The notes under the pieces: generated by a model
What the model was told of the DNA's origin: nothing
The model's database searches: none
The model's input: only the letters and a program-made list of their open reading frames with translations
Shown here: positions 46,453 through 57,025 of the stretch, in pieces
How positions within the stretch are numbered: the stretch's first letter is position 1
Layout of the letters: each line of letters starts with the position of its first letter
Source of the DNA: Candidatus Nomurabacteria bacterium
GTDB taxonomy: Bacteria > Patescibacteriota > Minisyncoccia > Phycocordibacterales > UBA9973
DNA length: 64,000 nucleotides
Direction of reading: 5' to 3'
NCBI GenBank assembly: GCA_943350045.1
Contig: CALQZW010000001.1
Location: 9,760-73,759 of the forward strand
Program-made: the position numbers and the translations under genes

Positions 46453-48648
46453 TTACTTCTTTTCTATCTTATGTGGATTATGATTCGGACAGGTTTTGTC
46501 TGAACAGCGCTCTGGGATAGTTTTTGTACCTTCCATCATGAGTGCTCCGCACAGTGAACACAAGTTTCCTGTCGGCTTTGCCTTAATTGCATTTTTACAG
46601 TCTGGGTAGTTTGAACACGAGTAGAAGATTCCGAAACGTCCACGGCGTTCCATCATCTCGCCCTTCTTACACATTGGACACTGCACTCCAGTCATTTTTT
46701 TCTTTTTCTCTTCTTCGTCTTCTTTTATGAACTTACATTTTGGATATCGAGAGCAAGAGACAAAGATTCCAAATTTACCTTCTCGTGTAACGAGTTTTCC
46801 GCCGTGCTTCTCAAAACACAACGGGCAGTTTTCGCCAGTTTCCTGAGGTCCCTGCATTTCAGAGCCATCGAGTTTACGAGCTCCGTCACAGTCCGGATAT
46901 TTTGAACATGAGAAAAACTTTCCATTACGAGAGAGTTTGTAAATCATCGATGCCTTACATTTTGGACAAAGTATATCCTCAGGTGCAGGTCCAAGGTCGG
47001 TAGCTTTTGCGAGTTTGTCTTTAATTTTTACTTCTTTAAGAAACGGAGTATAAAACTCAGAGAGTACTTTTGCATACTCTCGGTCGCCGTTTGCAATATC
47101 GTCGAGCTTGTCTTCCATCTCTGCGGTAAAGGTATCAGAAATATATTCTCCAAAGTTCGATTCGAGGAAAGAAGACACAACGTCTCCGGTGTCTGTAGGG
47201 TAGAGCGTACGTCCTTGTTTCGTGACATATCCACGTTCTTCGAGTGTACTCATGATTGAAGCGTACGTAGATGGTCGTCCGATTCCACGTTCTTCAAGTG
47301 CTTTCACAAGTGCCGCTTCACTGTATCTATTTGGTGGTTCAGTTGCCTTCTCAGTGCTTGTAAGATCCAGAAGAGTTATTTTTTCTCCAGCAGTAACTTT
47401 TGGAAGTTCAACATCTTCTCCGCGAGCATCTTCATCTACGCGTAGCCATCCAGGGAAAAGAACACGAGAGCCGTTTGCTGTGAACTCTGGAATATCTTCA
47501 TGTCCTGAAACTGTTGCAACAATTTTTGTTTTTAAAAGTTGTGCATCGGTCATCTGACTTGAAACAGTGCGCTCCCAAATGAGTTTGTAGAGCCCCTTCT
47601 GTTCGTCGTTCATTCCTACGGAAGATTTCTCAACGTGAGTTGGACGTATAGCCTCATGGGCTTCTTGTGCATTCTTTGATTTAGTTTTGTACGTATGTGC
47701 CTCTGCATATTCCTTTCCATACTTTTTTTCAACGAGCGCGAGAATCTGAGACTGCGCAACTGCCGAGAGATTTGTACTGTCAGTACGCATGTAAGTAATA
47801 TGTCCGGCTTCGTACAATTTTTGCGCCACCTGCATTGTGCGCTTTGGTGAAAAACCAAGACGTGTGCTGGCTGTTTGCTGGAGTGATGACGTTGTAAACG
47901 GAGCACGAGCTGAGCGCTTTTGCTGGGATTCTTTTACGTCTGCAACTGTCCACGGATTTGCTTTTCCAACGGAAAGAATCTTCTCGACAACCTTTTCGTC
48001 ACGAGGCTCCTCTGTGCACCCTAAACGAATCTGTACTTTGCCTGCAGTCTCAAAAAGCCCTTCGAGGGTCCAGTATGTCTCTGGAACAAAGGCGCGAATT
48101 TCTCGCTCGCGTTCCATGAGGATGCGAAGCGCGGGGGACTGAACGCGTCCAGCCGAGAGGCCGTAGCGTACTTTTTTCCAGATGATTCCAGAGAGGTCGT
48201 ATCCAACAAGTCGGTCGAGAACACGGCGTGCTTCCTGTGCTTTTACTAGTTTTTCGTCTATTTCACGTGGTTCTTTGAGCGCTTCTTCGACTGCCGCTTT
48301 CGTGATTTCATGAAAGGCTGCACGACGGATAGGTGCTTTGACTTTCTTGTCAGCTTTGAGGAGTTCTTTGAGGTGCCATGAAATAGCCTCTCCTTCGCGG
48401 TCCGGGTCGGTCGCAAGAACAATTTCTTTTGCAGTGTGTGCAAGCTCGGCAAGCTCTCGTACTACCTTTTCTTTTCCTCGAGAGATTTCATAATGAGGAA
48501 CGAATCCGGCAGGGATATCTATGGCTTTCTTGTTTGATTTTGGAAGGTCGCGAATATGTCCGACTGAGGCACGCACGGTGTATGCACCATCGAGATATTT
48601 TTCGATAGTCTTGGCTTTTGATGGAGATTCAACAATGAGTAATTTCAT
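46453..48648 (-). CDS. topA: DNA topoisomerase I
   Basis: The TOPRIM N-terminus MKLLIVESPSKAKTIEKYL, the active-site region, and C-terminal Cys4 zinc ribbons (CPKCKASM, CPLCFEK, CPMCKKG) are present. Confidence 0.95.
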   Translation of the reverse strand: MKLLIVESPSKAKTIEKYLDGAYTVRASVGHIRDLPKSNKKAIDIPAGFVPHYEISRGKEKVVRELAELAHTAKEIVLATDPDREGEAISWHLKELLKADKKVKAPIRRAAFHEITKAAVEEALKEPREIDEKLVKAQEARRVLDRLVGYDLSGIIWKKVRYGLSAGRVQSPALRILMEREREIRAFVPETYWTLEGLFETAGKVQIRLGCTEEPRDEKVVEKILSVGKANPWTVADVKESQQKRSARAPFTTSSLQQTASTRLGFSPKRTMQVAQKLYEAGHITYMRTDSTNLSAVAQSQILALVEKKYGKEYAEAHTYKTKSKNAQEAHEAIRPTHVEKSSVGMNDEQKGLYKLIWERTVSSQMTDAQLLKTKIVATVSGHEDIPEFTANGSRVLFPGWLRVDEDARGEDVELPKVTAGEKITLLDLTSTEKATEPPNRYSEAALVKALEERGIGRPSTYASIMSTLEERGYVTKQGRTLYPTDTGDVVSSFLESNFGEYISDTFTAEMEDKLDDIANGDREYAKVLSEFYTPFLKEVKIKDKLAKATDLGPAPEDILCPKCKASMIYKLSRNGKFFSCSKYPDCDGARKLDGSEMQGPQETGENCPLCFEKHGGKLVTREGKFGIFVSCSRYPKCKFIKEDEEEKKKKMTGVQCPMCKKGEMMERRGRFGIFYSCSNYPDCKNAIKAKPTGNLCSLCGALMMEGTKTIPERCSDKTCPNHNPHKIEKK

Positions 48649-48657
48649 ATCTATCTG

Positions 48658-49509
48658 CTAATTAGTAGCATTGAAAGTTTTTTTTGGCAAATCGAAGCCG
48701 TCGATTTCAAGTGCCGTGAGGGCGACGATGCACTCAGATATCGTACCAGAAAAAAGTGAATATATTTCTTCCAATGATTTATTTTGTGCAACAAGTTCCA
48801 GAATTTCTTTTTGCTGAGGAGAGAGTGTGTCCGTGTTTTTTTCTTGCACTTCACTTTTTTCAATTCCGAATATTTCACGAATATCATCACCACATGTAAT
48901 TGGCGTTGCTCCTTGGCGAATCAGGTTGTTGGTTTCTTTTGCAAACGGTGTTGTGATTTCTCCAGGAACTGCGAGAACATCTCGGTTGTAGTCGAGTGCC
49001 ATACGAGCAGTAATGAGTGTGCCAGATTTTTCTGTTGCCTCGACGACGAGCACTGCATGAGCAATCCCAGCCATGAGACGGTTTCGTCTTGGAAAGCCCC
49101 ATGGAGTTGCCCTGAACTTTTTCGGAAACTCAGAAATCAAAGCACCTCCGTTTTGAAGTATACGCTCGGCGAGGGCAAAGTTGCTGGCAGGGTACAGTAC
49201 GCTCGCATCTAACCCCGACCCAGGAAAGGCGATAGTGGACAACCCGACTGCGAGCGCCGTCTCGTGAGCAACGGTGTCTATTCCAAGCGCTAATCCCGAC
49301 ACTATATATATGTCTGTACCGGCAAGCTCTGAAATTATTTTCCGACAGGCTTCTTGTGCATAGACACTATGATTGCGCGACCCTACGGCGACAAGGTATT
49401 TTCCGTCTTTTCGAGGTACTTTTCCAACACAAAAGAGCTTTTTGGGCGGGTGAGGGATTTCTGCCAGTTGTTTTGGTAAATCGCACAGTGGTATTTCAAT
49501 ACTATCCAT
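48658..49509 (-). CDS. dprA: DNA-processing protein DprA (Smf)
   Basis: It has the Rossmann-like DprA core (SGLALGIDTVAHETAL, GTLITA). The dprA-topA adjacency is conserved in many bacteria. Confidence 0.8.
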   Translation of the reverse strand: MDSIEIPLCDLPKQLAEIPHPPKKLFCVGKVPRKDGKYLVAVGSRNHSVYAQEACRKIISELAGTDIYIVSGLALGIDTVAHETALAVGLSTIAFPGSGLDASVLYPASNFALAERILQNGGALISEFPKKFRATPWGFPRRNRLMAGIAHAVLVVEATEKSGTLITARMALDYNRDVLAVPGEITTPFAKETNNLIRQGATPITCGDDIREIFGIEKSEVQEKNTDTLSPQQKEILELVAQNKSLEEIYSLFSGTISECIVALTALEIDGFDLPKKTFNATN

Positions 49510-49557
49510 ATATGGTAGTATATATTTACCGTGTTATTAAAAATCTAAACTCTCACT

Positions 49558-50820
49558 ATGCTCGACATTAAATTCATTCGTGACAATCAGGACGTTGTTC
49601 GTGAAGCTATACGCCGAAAGGCCGTATCGCTTGATTTGAACGAACTTATTGCGCTCGATGACCGCCGTCGTGAAGTGCAGAGTTCTGCTGAAACTATCCG
49701 CGCCGAACAGAAGCGCATCTCCGACAAGGTACAATCTGCAACTCCCGAAGAGCGCGAGGCTCTTTTGGCTGAGATTCGACCACTCAAAGAACAGTACGGA
49801 ATAAAAGAAGAAGAACTCAAGGAAATAATGGTGAAGTGGCGCGAACTCATGCTCTCTGTACCAAACGTTCCTGACATGACTGTTCCAGACGGAGCCAGTG
49901 ATGAAGACAATCAAGAAATTCGTACATGGGGAGAGAAACCACAATTTTCTTTTACTCCAAAAGATCATGTTGCTCTTTGCGAGCTTCATGACCTTGCCGA
50001 CTTTGAGCGTGGTTCAAAAGTAGCAGGCTTCCGTGGTTACTTTATGAAAAACGAAGGAGCTCAGCTCTTCTTTGCACTCTGGCAGTTTACTCTCAACTAT
50101 TTCATCGAGCAGGGATATACTCCGATGATTGTTCCATCACTCGTAAAGCGCGAGACACTCTTTGGTACAGGATATCTTCCACAAGGTGAGGAGGATTTGT
50201 ACAAAACTCAGGACGACGACTTTCTAGCAGGTACTGCCGAGGTCGCAACAATGAGCTATTACTCAGGAGAAATTTTGACAAAAGCCGATCTCCCGAAAAA
50301 GTTCATTGCCTTTTCTCCATGCTTCCGTCGTGAAGCGGGAGCCCATGGAAAAGATGTAAAAGGAATCATTCGCGTGCATGAGTTCTTTAAGCTCGAACAG
50401 GTTCTTTTGTCTGAGGCCAATCACGAAACATCAGTACGCCTTCATGAAGAAATTACTGCACATGTCGAAAATCTCATGCAGGCACTCAAGCTCCCATACC
50501 ATGTCGTTGTAAACTGTACTGGCGACCTTGGGCTCGGACAGGTAAAGAAATATGACATCGAGGCGTGGATGCCGTCACAGGAAAAATACCGTGAGACACA
50601 TTCTTCTTCTTACTTCCATGATTTCCAGACACGCCGATTGAATATTCGCTATCGTGACGACGACGGAACACTTCGCTACGTTCACTCACTCAATAACACT
50701 GCCTGTGCAACAAGCCGTCTCCCAGCTGCGATTTTGGAAAACTACCAAGAAGCCGATGGACGTATTCGTATTCCAGATGTTTTGAGACCATACATGGGCG
50801 GGAAAGAATATATTGGATAA
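49558..50820 (+). CDS. serS: serine--tRNA ligase
   Basis: There is an N-terminal coiled-coil arm, and the class II motifs FRREAGAHGKD and GLGQ are present. Confidence 0.9.
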   Translation: MLDIKFIRDNQDVVREAIRRKAVSLDLNELIALDDRRREVQSSAETIRAEQKRISDKVQSATPEEREALLAEIRPLKEQYGIKEEELKEIMVKWRELMLSVPNVPDMTVPDGASDEDNQEIRTWGEKPQFSFTPKDHVALCELHDLADFERGSKVAGFRGYFMKNEGAQLFFALWQFTLNYFIEQGYTPMIVPSLVKRETLFGTGYLPQGEEDLYKTQDDDFLAGTAEVATMSYYSGEILTKADLPKKFIAFSPCFRREAGAHGKDVKGIIRVHEFFKLEQVLLSEANHETSVRLHEEITAHVENLMQALKLPYHVVVNCTGDLGLGQVKKYDIEAWMPSQEKYRETHSSSYFHDFQTRRLNIRYRDDDGTLRYVHSLNNTACATSRLPAAILENYQEADGRIRIPDVLRPYMGGKEYIG

Positions 50821-50838
50821 TCTGAGCGTAGCTCATTC

Positions 50839-51747
50839 ATGGCATCAGCACCTTCACTTAAAAAACAAATCCACGAGTCAGCAGAAATGCAAAAGCTACG
50901 CAAGAAGCGTATGCGTGTTCGTCGTCGCATCACAATAATTGTGAGCGTTTGTACTGTAGTTTTTTTAACAGGACTTGTATTTGCTTCTCGCATTGAAAAG
51001 ATTCGTATCCGTGAAGTCACTGTCTCCGGAAATCAAATCATCGACACTGAAGACGTTGTCTCTATAGTCCAAGCAAATATTTCTGGAATGTACGCATATG
51101 TCATCCCGCGCAATAACGCCTTCTTGTATCCAAAAAAATCAATCGAGCGCGAGTTGGTAAACACATTTCCACGATTCAACTACATCTCTGTTTCTCTTGA
51201 AGGAACGAAGGGGATTTCGGTTACCGTTGAAGAAGAACGAGGAACGGCACTGTGGTGTGGAAGCGATGGATCAAATATTGCCGACGGAGACCAGTGTTAT
51301 TTTACTGATACTGCCGGAGTTGTCATAGACAAAGCGCCATACTATTCTGGAAACGTATATTACCGCTTCTATGGAGGCGAAGTAAATATAGAGCAATCAA
51401 TACTCGGTCAGAGTTTTTTGCCAAGTGAGACATATTCAAAAATAATGGAATTTGCCGACGGAGTTGAAGAACTCGGACTTCCAATCTACGCGATTCGTGT
51501 CGACCAAGAAGGTGAGTACGTCTTTCTTTTAGACCTCGGAGGTTCTCGTCACGCTCCATTTCGCTTTCGCTCGAATGCAGATTTTCCTGTATTGCTTGCA
51601 AACCTCTCTACTGCACTCGAACGCTCAGACCTTCGCTCTCGGCTTGCCAAAGAGGGGGCATTTCTGCAATACTTCGACCTACGATTTAGTAATAAAGTGT
51701 ATTATAAGTTCTCGACACCAAGTGCGACTGTAACGCCTAAAGAATAA
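50839..51747 (+). CDS. cell division protein FtsQ/DivIB-like (POTRA domain)
   Basis: A basic N-terminus and a single TM helix are followed by a POTRA-like block IEKIRIREVTVSGNQIIDTEDV ... ISVTVEEERGTALW. Confidence 0.55.
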   Translation: MASAPSLKKQIHESAEMQKLRKKRMRVRRRITIIVSVCTVVFLTGLVFASRIEKIRIREVTVSGNQIIDTEDVVSIVQANISGMYAYVIPRNNAFLYPKKSIERELVNTFPRFNYISVSLEGTKGISVTVEEERGTALWCGSDGSNIADGDQCYFTDTAGVVIDKAPYYSGNVYYRFYGGEVNIEQSILGQSFLPSETYSKIMEFADGVEELGLPIYAIRVDQEGEYVFLLDLGGSRHAPFRFRSNADFPVLLANLSTALERSDLRSRLAKEGAFLQYFDLRFSNKVYYKFSTPSATVTPKE

Positions 51748-52722
51748 ATGAAAAACTTTTGGAAAGAATTAAAGAAACCGTTTTTTGTACTAGCGCCAAT
51801 GGCCGATGTCACTGACGCTTCTTTTCGTCGTATTATTGCAAAATATTCTCGTCATGGAGAGGAGGGAGGAGGCCCCGATGTCTTTTGGACTGAGTTCGTT
51901 GCCGCCGACGGATTGATGAGTCGCGGAGTAGAGGCGCTCAAATATGACCTCATGTACACGGAAGGCGAGCGACCAATAGTGGCGCAACTCTTTGGGTCTA
52001 ATCCTGAGAAAATGGAAGGCGCGGCGCGACTGTGTGCCGAGCTTGGGTTCGATGGGATTGATATAAACATGGGATGCCCAGACAAGTCTATTGAAAAACA
52101 AGGAGCTGGAGCGTGTATGATTAAACACCCAGAGGTTGCTCGGGAAATAATTCGTGCTGCAAAACGTGGAGCGCCAAACTTGCCGATTTCTGTGAAGACT
52201 CGTATTGGCTACAACACAAATGAAATAGATACGTGGATCCCACAACTGCTTGCAGAAGATATTGCAGCGCTCACTATCCATGCCCGCACTCGAAAAGAAA
52301 TGTCGAAAGTTCCAGCGCGATGGGAGCATGTAAAAGAAGTTGTAGAGATTCGCAATAAACTTGGAAAAGATACACTGATACTCGGAAACGGAGATGTTCT
52401 TGATATTGCTGACGCCAAGAAGAAAGTAGCAGAAACAGGATGTGATGGAGTCATGCTCGGGCGTGCTATTTTCGGCAATCCATGGCTCTTTGATCAAAAC
52501 AAAGGGGAAGTCTCGACAGAAGAAAAACTGCGCGTATTGGTGGAGCACACTCAGCTCTACGAAGAACTTCTCGGGCAGATTAAAAGTTTCTCAATCATGA
52601 AGAAACATTACAAGGCATATGTAAACGGATTCCCCGAAGCCAAAGAACTGCGTGAGAAACTCATGCTCTGTGAGAATGCAGCAGAGGTGGAGAGTATTGT
52701 GGAGGCGTTTTTGACAAAGTAG
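51748..52722 (+). CDS. tRNA-dihydrouridine synthase
   Basis: VLAPMADVTDASFRRII and IDINMGCP (TIM-barrel FMN site) are present. Confidence 0.85.
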   Translation: MKNFWKELKKPFFVLAPMADVTDASFRRIIAKYSRHGEEGGGPDVFWTEFVAADGLMSRGVEALKYDLMYTEGERPIVAQLFGSNPEKMEGAARLCAELGFDGIDINMGCPDKSIEKQGAGACMIKHPEVAREIIRAAKRGAPNLPISVKTRIGYNTNEIDTWIPQLLAEDIAALTIHARTRKEMSKVPARWEHVKEVVEIRNKLGKDTLILGNGDVLDIADAKKKVAETGCDGVMLGRAIFGNPWLFDQNKGEVSTEEKLRVLVEHTQLYEELLGQIKSFSIMKKHYKAYVNGFPEAKELREKLMLCENAAEVESIVEAFLTK

Positions 52723-52763
52723 CCAGATATCTATAGGATGCCGATAAACAAAAACGGTGTTCT

Positions 52764-53327
52764 ATGAAAAAGATACAGGCACAAGATGTAATCGACATTA
52801 CTGCTGTTATTGAGAATGGATGGGTGTTTGACTCCTCTCGATATCACAATTTCCCTAAAGATAGTAACTCGCAATTACTATATAGCATTCGGCATATTTT
52901 ACTGCATCAAGTAAAAACATTACCTCACCTTGACGCATTCATTACTTGCGTGGACGAAGGAAAAGACAAGTGTTCCGAATTTCCAAGCGACGCAATGGTC
53001 TTAGCTAAAAGTGTAATGAACAGCTTGAGACTCCTTACGATACTTGGTTATGGGGAGAACACGTTGCAGGCCGATAAATCCGTACGCTTCGCCCCTCTTG
53101 ATTACAAGAAAGAAATGATACGTTTACTCGGATTGCTAGCTAATACTTGTGAAAGATATGATCATAGTAGTAGAAACCCCGATTTACTTTCACTGCACAA
53201 AATTGCACTTGAAATATGGTATCAACAGGTTTCACTGTTCTATTGGGAAAAGCTACCTTGGGATTTTGCCAAGATTTGCACTCTTGTCAGAAGTATTTTT
53301 GCTCAACATACAAATGTTTTTATGTAA
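52764..53327 (+). CDS. hypothetical protein
   Basis: The 187-aa ORF is followed by a terminator (AGAGCGTACAGAAcacaTTCTGTACGCTCTtttttt, 53330-53368). Confidence 0.45.
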   Translation: MKKIQAQDVIDITAVIENGWVFDSSRYHNFPKDSNSQLLYSIRHILLHQVKTLPHLDAFITCVDEGKDKCSEFPSDAMVLAKSVMNSLRLLTILGYGENTLQADKSVRFAPLDYKKEMIRLLGLLANTCERYDHSSRNPDLLSLHKIALEIWYQQVSLFYWEKLPWDFAKICTLVRSIFAQHTNVFM

Positions 53328-53387
53328 GGTAAGAGCGTACAGAACACATTCTGTACGCTCTTTTTTTCTGCTATACTCTCACTATCT

Positions 53388-54422
53388 ATGGAACACACAG
53401 CCCTCTACCGCAAATATCGCCCAGAAGCCCTTACTGACCTCATCGGCCAAGACCATATCGTCGCCTCAATCTCTGGCGCCTTAAAAAACGACAAAGTAGC
53501 ACACGCATATTTGCTCTCTGGAAGCAGAGGGACAGGAAAGACAACCACTGCCCGTATTCTTGCAAAAGCACTCGGAACGAGTGCTACGGATATCTATGAG
53601 ATAGATGCGGCGAGTCATACAGGTGTAGATAACATTCGTGAGATTCGTGAAAATGTTGGATCGCTTCCGTTTGATTCAAAGTACAAAGTGTACATCATTG
53701 ACGAAGTGCATATGCTCTCTAAGGGAGCGTTCAATGCGCTTTTGAAAACACTCGAAGAGCCACCTGCTCATGCCGTCTTTATTCTCGCAACAACGGAACT
53801 AGAGAAAGTTCCAGAGACTATAGTCTCCCGCTGTCAGACGTTTGTATTTCGTCGTCCAAGCGAGGCCGTGCTTCGCGAGCTTATCACTGTCACTGCAAAA
53901 AAAGAAAAGGTAGCACTCGGAGCTGGAGTTGCTGATTTGATGGCCCTCCTTGCAAACGGCTCTTTCCGTGATGCTCTTGGAACGCTTCAGAAAGTCATGA
54001 CGGTAGCAGAAGGGAAGATTGAACTCTCCGATGTCGAGCGTATTACAGGAGCGCCTTCTTTGGTGTTGGTGAGAGATTTGATTGAGGCAGTAGCACGCGG
54101 AGCGCTTTCTGAAGCGCTCCGCGTCTGCGAACGCGCCCGCGAAGACAACCTCTCTACTCGCACTCTCCTCGACCTCGTCCTCCACACATTCCGCCGAATT
54201 CTTTTGGTGAAAGTTTCGCCAAACGTTGCAAAGAGTGAAATGGAAGGACTTTCGGCTGAAGAGCAAGAGTTCATCACTCGCATGGCAAAGACAGAGTCGC
54301 TTCACCTCAATTCTCAGTCGCTTATTACGCTCCTGGACGCCGTATCGCAGAGTAAGTATGCGGTTATAGAATCCCTTCCGCTTGAGCTTGCGCTGATGAA
54401 GATTTTAGGGAAGCAGGAGTAG
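53388..54422 (+). CDS. dnaX: DNA polymerase III subunit gamma/tau (short form)
   Basis: YRKYRPEALTDLIGQDHI, the Walker A motif GSRGTGKTTTARILAKAL, and the Walker B / SRC region are present. Confidence 0.85.
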   Translation: MEHTALYRKYRPEALTDLIGQDHIVASISGALKNDKVAHAYLLSGSRGTGKTTTARILAKALGTSATDIYEIDAASHTGVDNIREIRENVGSLPFDSKYKVYIIDEVHMLSKGAFNALLKTLEEPPAHAVFILATTELEKVPETIVSRCQTFVFRRPSEAVLRELITVTAKKEKVALGAGVADLMALLANGSFRDALGTLQKVMTVAEGKIELSDVERITGAPSLVLVRDLIEAVARGALSEALRVCERAREDNLSTRTLLDLVLHTFRRILLVKVSPNVAKSEMEGLSAEEQEFITRMAKTESLHLNSQSLITLLDAVSQSKYAVIESLPLELALMKILGKQE

Positions 54423-54468
54423 GTGAACGAGCGTTCACAAATTAAAACTATCATGCTACCATATATAC

Positions 54469-55167
54469 ATGGTCAGCAATCATGCGAAAAAAGAATTAGC
54501 TGTTTCTCTCAGGAAAGAAGGGAAGACATATTCTGAAATTCTTAGAGCTGTTCCTGTTGCAAAATCTACACTCTCGCTATGGCTTCGTGCTGTAGGTCTT
54601 TCGAATAGACAAAAACAGAAAATAACTCAAGCACGGATACTTTCTGGTTTGCGTGGAGCACAAAAAAGACACAAACAAAAAATATCCACACAAGATCAGT
54701 TACACACCCAGGCACTATCAGAAATAAAAAGCATCTCTAGTGCAGAACTATTCTACATAGGAGTCACTTTATATTGGGCAGAAGGGAATAAAGAGAGAAT
54801 CGGCCAACCTGGCTCTCAGTTAATGTTTTCGAATATGGATCCAAAGATGATAGCGGTATTTTTGCAGTGGCTTATTGCTTCAGTACAGATTCGGTATGAA
54901 GATGTTTTCTATGAAATATATATTCACAAGAATCATATTCATCGAAAGGATGAAATACTCGCATATTGGAAGAAATGGACAGCTTTTTGCAAAAGCGATG
55001 ATTTTCGGGTGTATACAAAGAATACAAATGTAGCCACAAATAGAAAGAACACAAGGGAAGAGACCTATTTTGGTATTTTGCGTATAAGGGTACGAAAAAG
55101 CTCTCACTATGTCCGAAAACTTGCGGGATGGGCCGATGGGATATATGATGCAGTAGTACCAGTGTAA
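54469..55167 (+). CDS. hypothetical protein with an N-terminal helix-turn-helix
   Basis: The N-terminal ~40 aa (LRKEGKTYSEILRAVPVAKSTLSLWLR) resemble an HTH. The remainder is unrecognised. Confidence 0.4.
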   Translation: MVSNHAKKELAVSLRKEGKTYSEILRAVPVAKSTLSLWLRAVGLSNRQKQKITQARILSGLRGAQKRHKQKISTQDQLHTQALSEIKSISSAELFYIGVTLYWAEGNKERIGQPGSQLMFSNMDPKMIAVFLQWLIASVQIRYEDVFYEIYIHKNHIHRKDEILAYWKKWTAFCKSDDFRVYTKNTNVATNRKNTREETYFGILRIRVRKSSHYVRKLAGWADGIYDAVVPV

Positions 55168-55169
55168 TT

Positions 55170-55240
55170 TAGGGAATCGTCTAATGGTAGGACAGAGACC
55201 TTTGAAGTCTTTAATTGGGGTTCGAATCCCTGTTCCCTAG
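55170..55240 (+). tRNA. tRNA-Gln (anticodon UUG)
   Basis: TAGGGAATCGTCTAATGGTAGGACAGAGACCTTTGAAGTCTTTAATTGGGGTTCGAATCCCTGTTCCCTAG has a U1-A72 pair, as in E. coli tRNA-Gln, and anticodon loop cuUUGaa. Confidence 0.75.
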
Positions 55241-55249
55241 CAAAACAGT

Positions 55250-56143
55250 ATGAAAATAGACCTACAGATACATACAAATCATTCTGATGGGCATGAATCA
55301 CCTAAAGAAATTATAACTCTCGCGAAAGAGGGTAAGCTCGATGTAATCGCAGTGACCGACCATGACATAGTTTCAGGTTTTCTTGAAACAAAGGAAGCTG
55401 GATCTAGTGAAAACATTATAGTTATTCCAGGGGTTGAGATTACTACAGGGTACCGTGGTCAACCGATTCATATATTAGGATATCAGATTGATATAGCGAA
55501 TCCTGAACTCGTTAATTTTTTACAATCAGTAAATGATTATAGGCAGAAGCATTTCCTCTCCATGATTCCGCAGGTAAATACAAACCTCGCAGAAAATGGA
55601 ATGCAAACTGTTAAAATAGAGGATTATAAAAACAAGTCACCAAAATACTATAGTATTCCTGGTATCGCATTGTTTCTCTATGAACAGAATATTGTTCAAG
55701 CACGAAATGATGGATTTGCTTATATTGGCGGAGTCGTAGATGTTGCCCCTACGATTGAACCTAAGGAAGCTTTTGAAATAATTCACAAGGCGGGAGGAAA
55801 AGCATTTTTAAGTCACCCTTTCGCACCTAAAATCTCTCTCAAAAATATTTCGGAAGATACGTTGGAACAAGAGAAAATCATTCTTGCATTTAAAGAATCG
55901 GGAATGGATGGTCTTGAGTGTTTTGGTACCGGACATACGCCAGAAGATGTGGAGTTTGCATTGATGCTTGCTGATAAACATAACCTGCTGATCTCTGCCG
56001 GCAGTGATTGGCATGGCTGTTTAGAGAAGACAGGAGAGACTATTAAGCAATGGTTGCCGTTTTACTTAAAAAAATTAGGGGACCTGGAAGTTCCTCAAGT
56101 AAGAATCAAGCAGATCCTTGGAGATCTTAATGTTGAAATGTAA
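55250..56143 (+). CDS. PHP-domain phosphoesterase
   Basis: The His-rich N-terminus MKIDLQIHTNHSDGHESP...VIAVTDHD is typical of PHP-family metal-dependent phosphoesterases. Confidence 0.75.
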   Translation: MKIDLQIHTNHSDGHESPKEIITLAKEGKLDVIAVTDHDIVSGFLETKEAGSSENIIVIPGVEITTGYRGQPIHILGYQIDIANPELVNFLQSVNDYRQKHFLSMIPQVNTNLAENGMQTVKIEDYKNKSPKYYSIPGIALFLYEQNIVQARNDGFAYIGGVVDVAPTIEPKEAFEIIHKAGGKAFLSHPFAPKISLKNISEDTLEQEKIILAFKESGMDGLECFGTGHTPEDVEFALMLADKHNLLISAGSDWHGCLEKTGETIKQWLPFYLKKLGDLEVPQVRIKQILGDLNVEM

Positions 56144-56195
56144 ATCATTACAACTATCTATGGTCTCTGTTAGTAGAACCAAATGGTTGCTCTCT

Positions 56196-56600
56196 ATGAG
56201 TCATATAATTAAAACAAATCCTTCCTTAGTCCGCCCATCCCAAGATTACCTTAAGGGTGATACTTTGGATTTTATTAAACAGAACTTCGAGGCGGGGAAT
56301 TTAGAGAAACTTCCACCTGCTCCGATTGTCAGGAAAGATGAGAATGGAGGATATATCGCCATCGATGGACATAATTTACTCGCGTTCTATTCTCTCAGAA
56401 ACATGGAGTGTTATGTATGTGTAGCAGAGAGTAAAGACGACAAGATTGAGGGAGATTCTGAAATGATTCAAAAAAGAAATACAGATTTGTTCGAAAAGTA
56501 CGACTCTGCTCTCAACGAGGCTAATAGTTTAAAAGAGAAAGGGATTGTGACGATTAAGGATTTGTGTAATTCCGCAGGTCTGAGTTTAGAATTCCGTTAG
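56196..56600 (+). CDS. ParB-like nuclease (ParB/Srx fold) domain protein
   Basis: IKTNPSLVRPSQ ... GGYIAIDGHNLLAFYSL matches the ParB N-terminal domain pattern (I.P...Q.R ... liDGhHRl.A). Possible starts are 56118, 56160 and 56196. Confidence 0.45.
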   Translation: MSHIIKTNPSLVRPSQDYLKGDTLDFIKQNFEAGNLEKLPPAPIVRKDENGGYIAIDGHNLLAFYSLRNMECYVCVAESKDDKIEGDSEMIQKRNTDLFEKYDSALNEANSLKEKGIVTIKDLCNSAGLSLEFR

Positions 56601-56623
56601 AGTCTATTTGATATGGTGTATCC

Positions 56624-57025
56624 ATGACTCAGCAGGATTTATTACATATCGCCACATCTCGATATCAAGAGGCAAAAATATTGCTCGAAAATGGAAAACC
56701 CGAGGGATCAATGTATCTTTGTGGATACGCCTTGGAGTTGATGCTCAAAAGACGAATACTGAAATTACTTGAGTGGGACGAATATCCAGATAGTGATAAA
56801 AGATACACTTCGTTTAAGATTCATGATCTGAATGTGTTACTTCGACTGGCTGGGCTAGAAAAGAAGATTAAAATAGATCCCGTTGTATACTTACATTGGC
56901 AGGTTGCATCACAAAACTGGAGTGTTAATATGCGTTATGAGAATACTGGAAACAGCTTGAGTGTAAATGCTCGTGACATGATTAGTGGGTCAAAGGTCGT
57001 TCTTAGTTATCTCAAAGACATATGA
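56624..57025 (+). CDS. HEPN-domain protein
   Basis: The helical motif MYLCGYALELMLKRRIL fits the HEPN consensus (y.a.qa.E.alKa.l). Its stop overlaps the next gene start (ATGA). Confidence 0.45.
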   Translation: MTQQDLLHIATSRYQEAKILLENGKPEGSMYLCGYALELMLKRRILKLLEWDEYPDSDKRYTSFKIHDLNVLLRLAGLEKKIKIDPVVYLHWQVASQNWSVNMRYENTGNSLSVNARDMISGSKVVLSYLKDI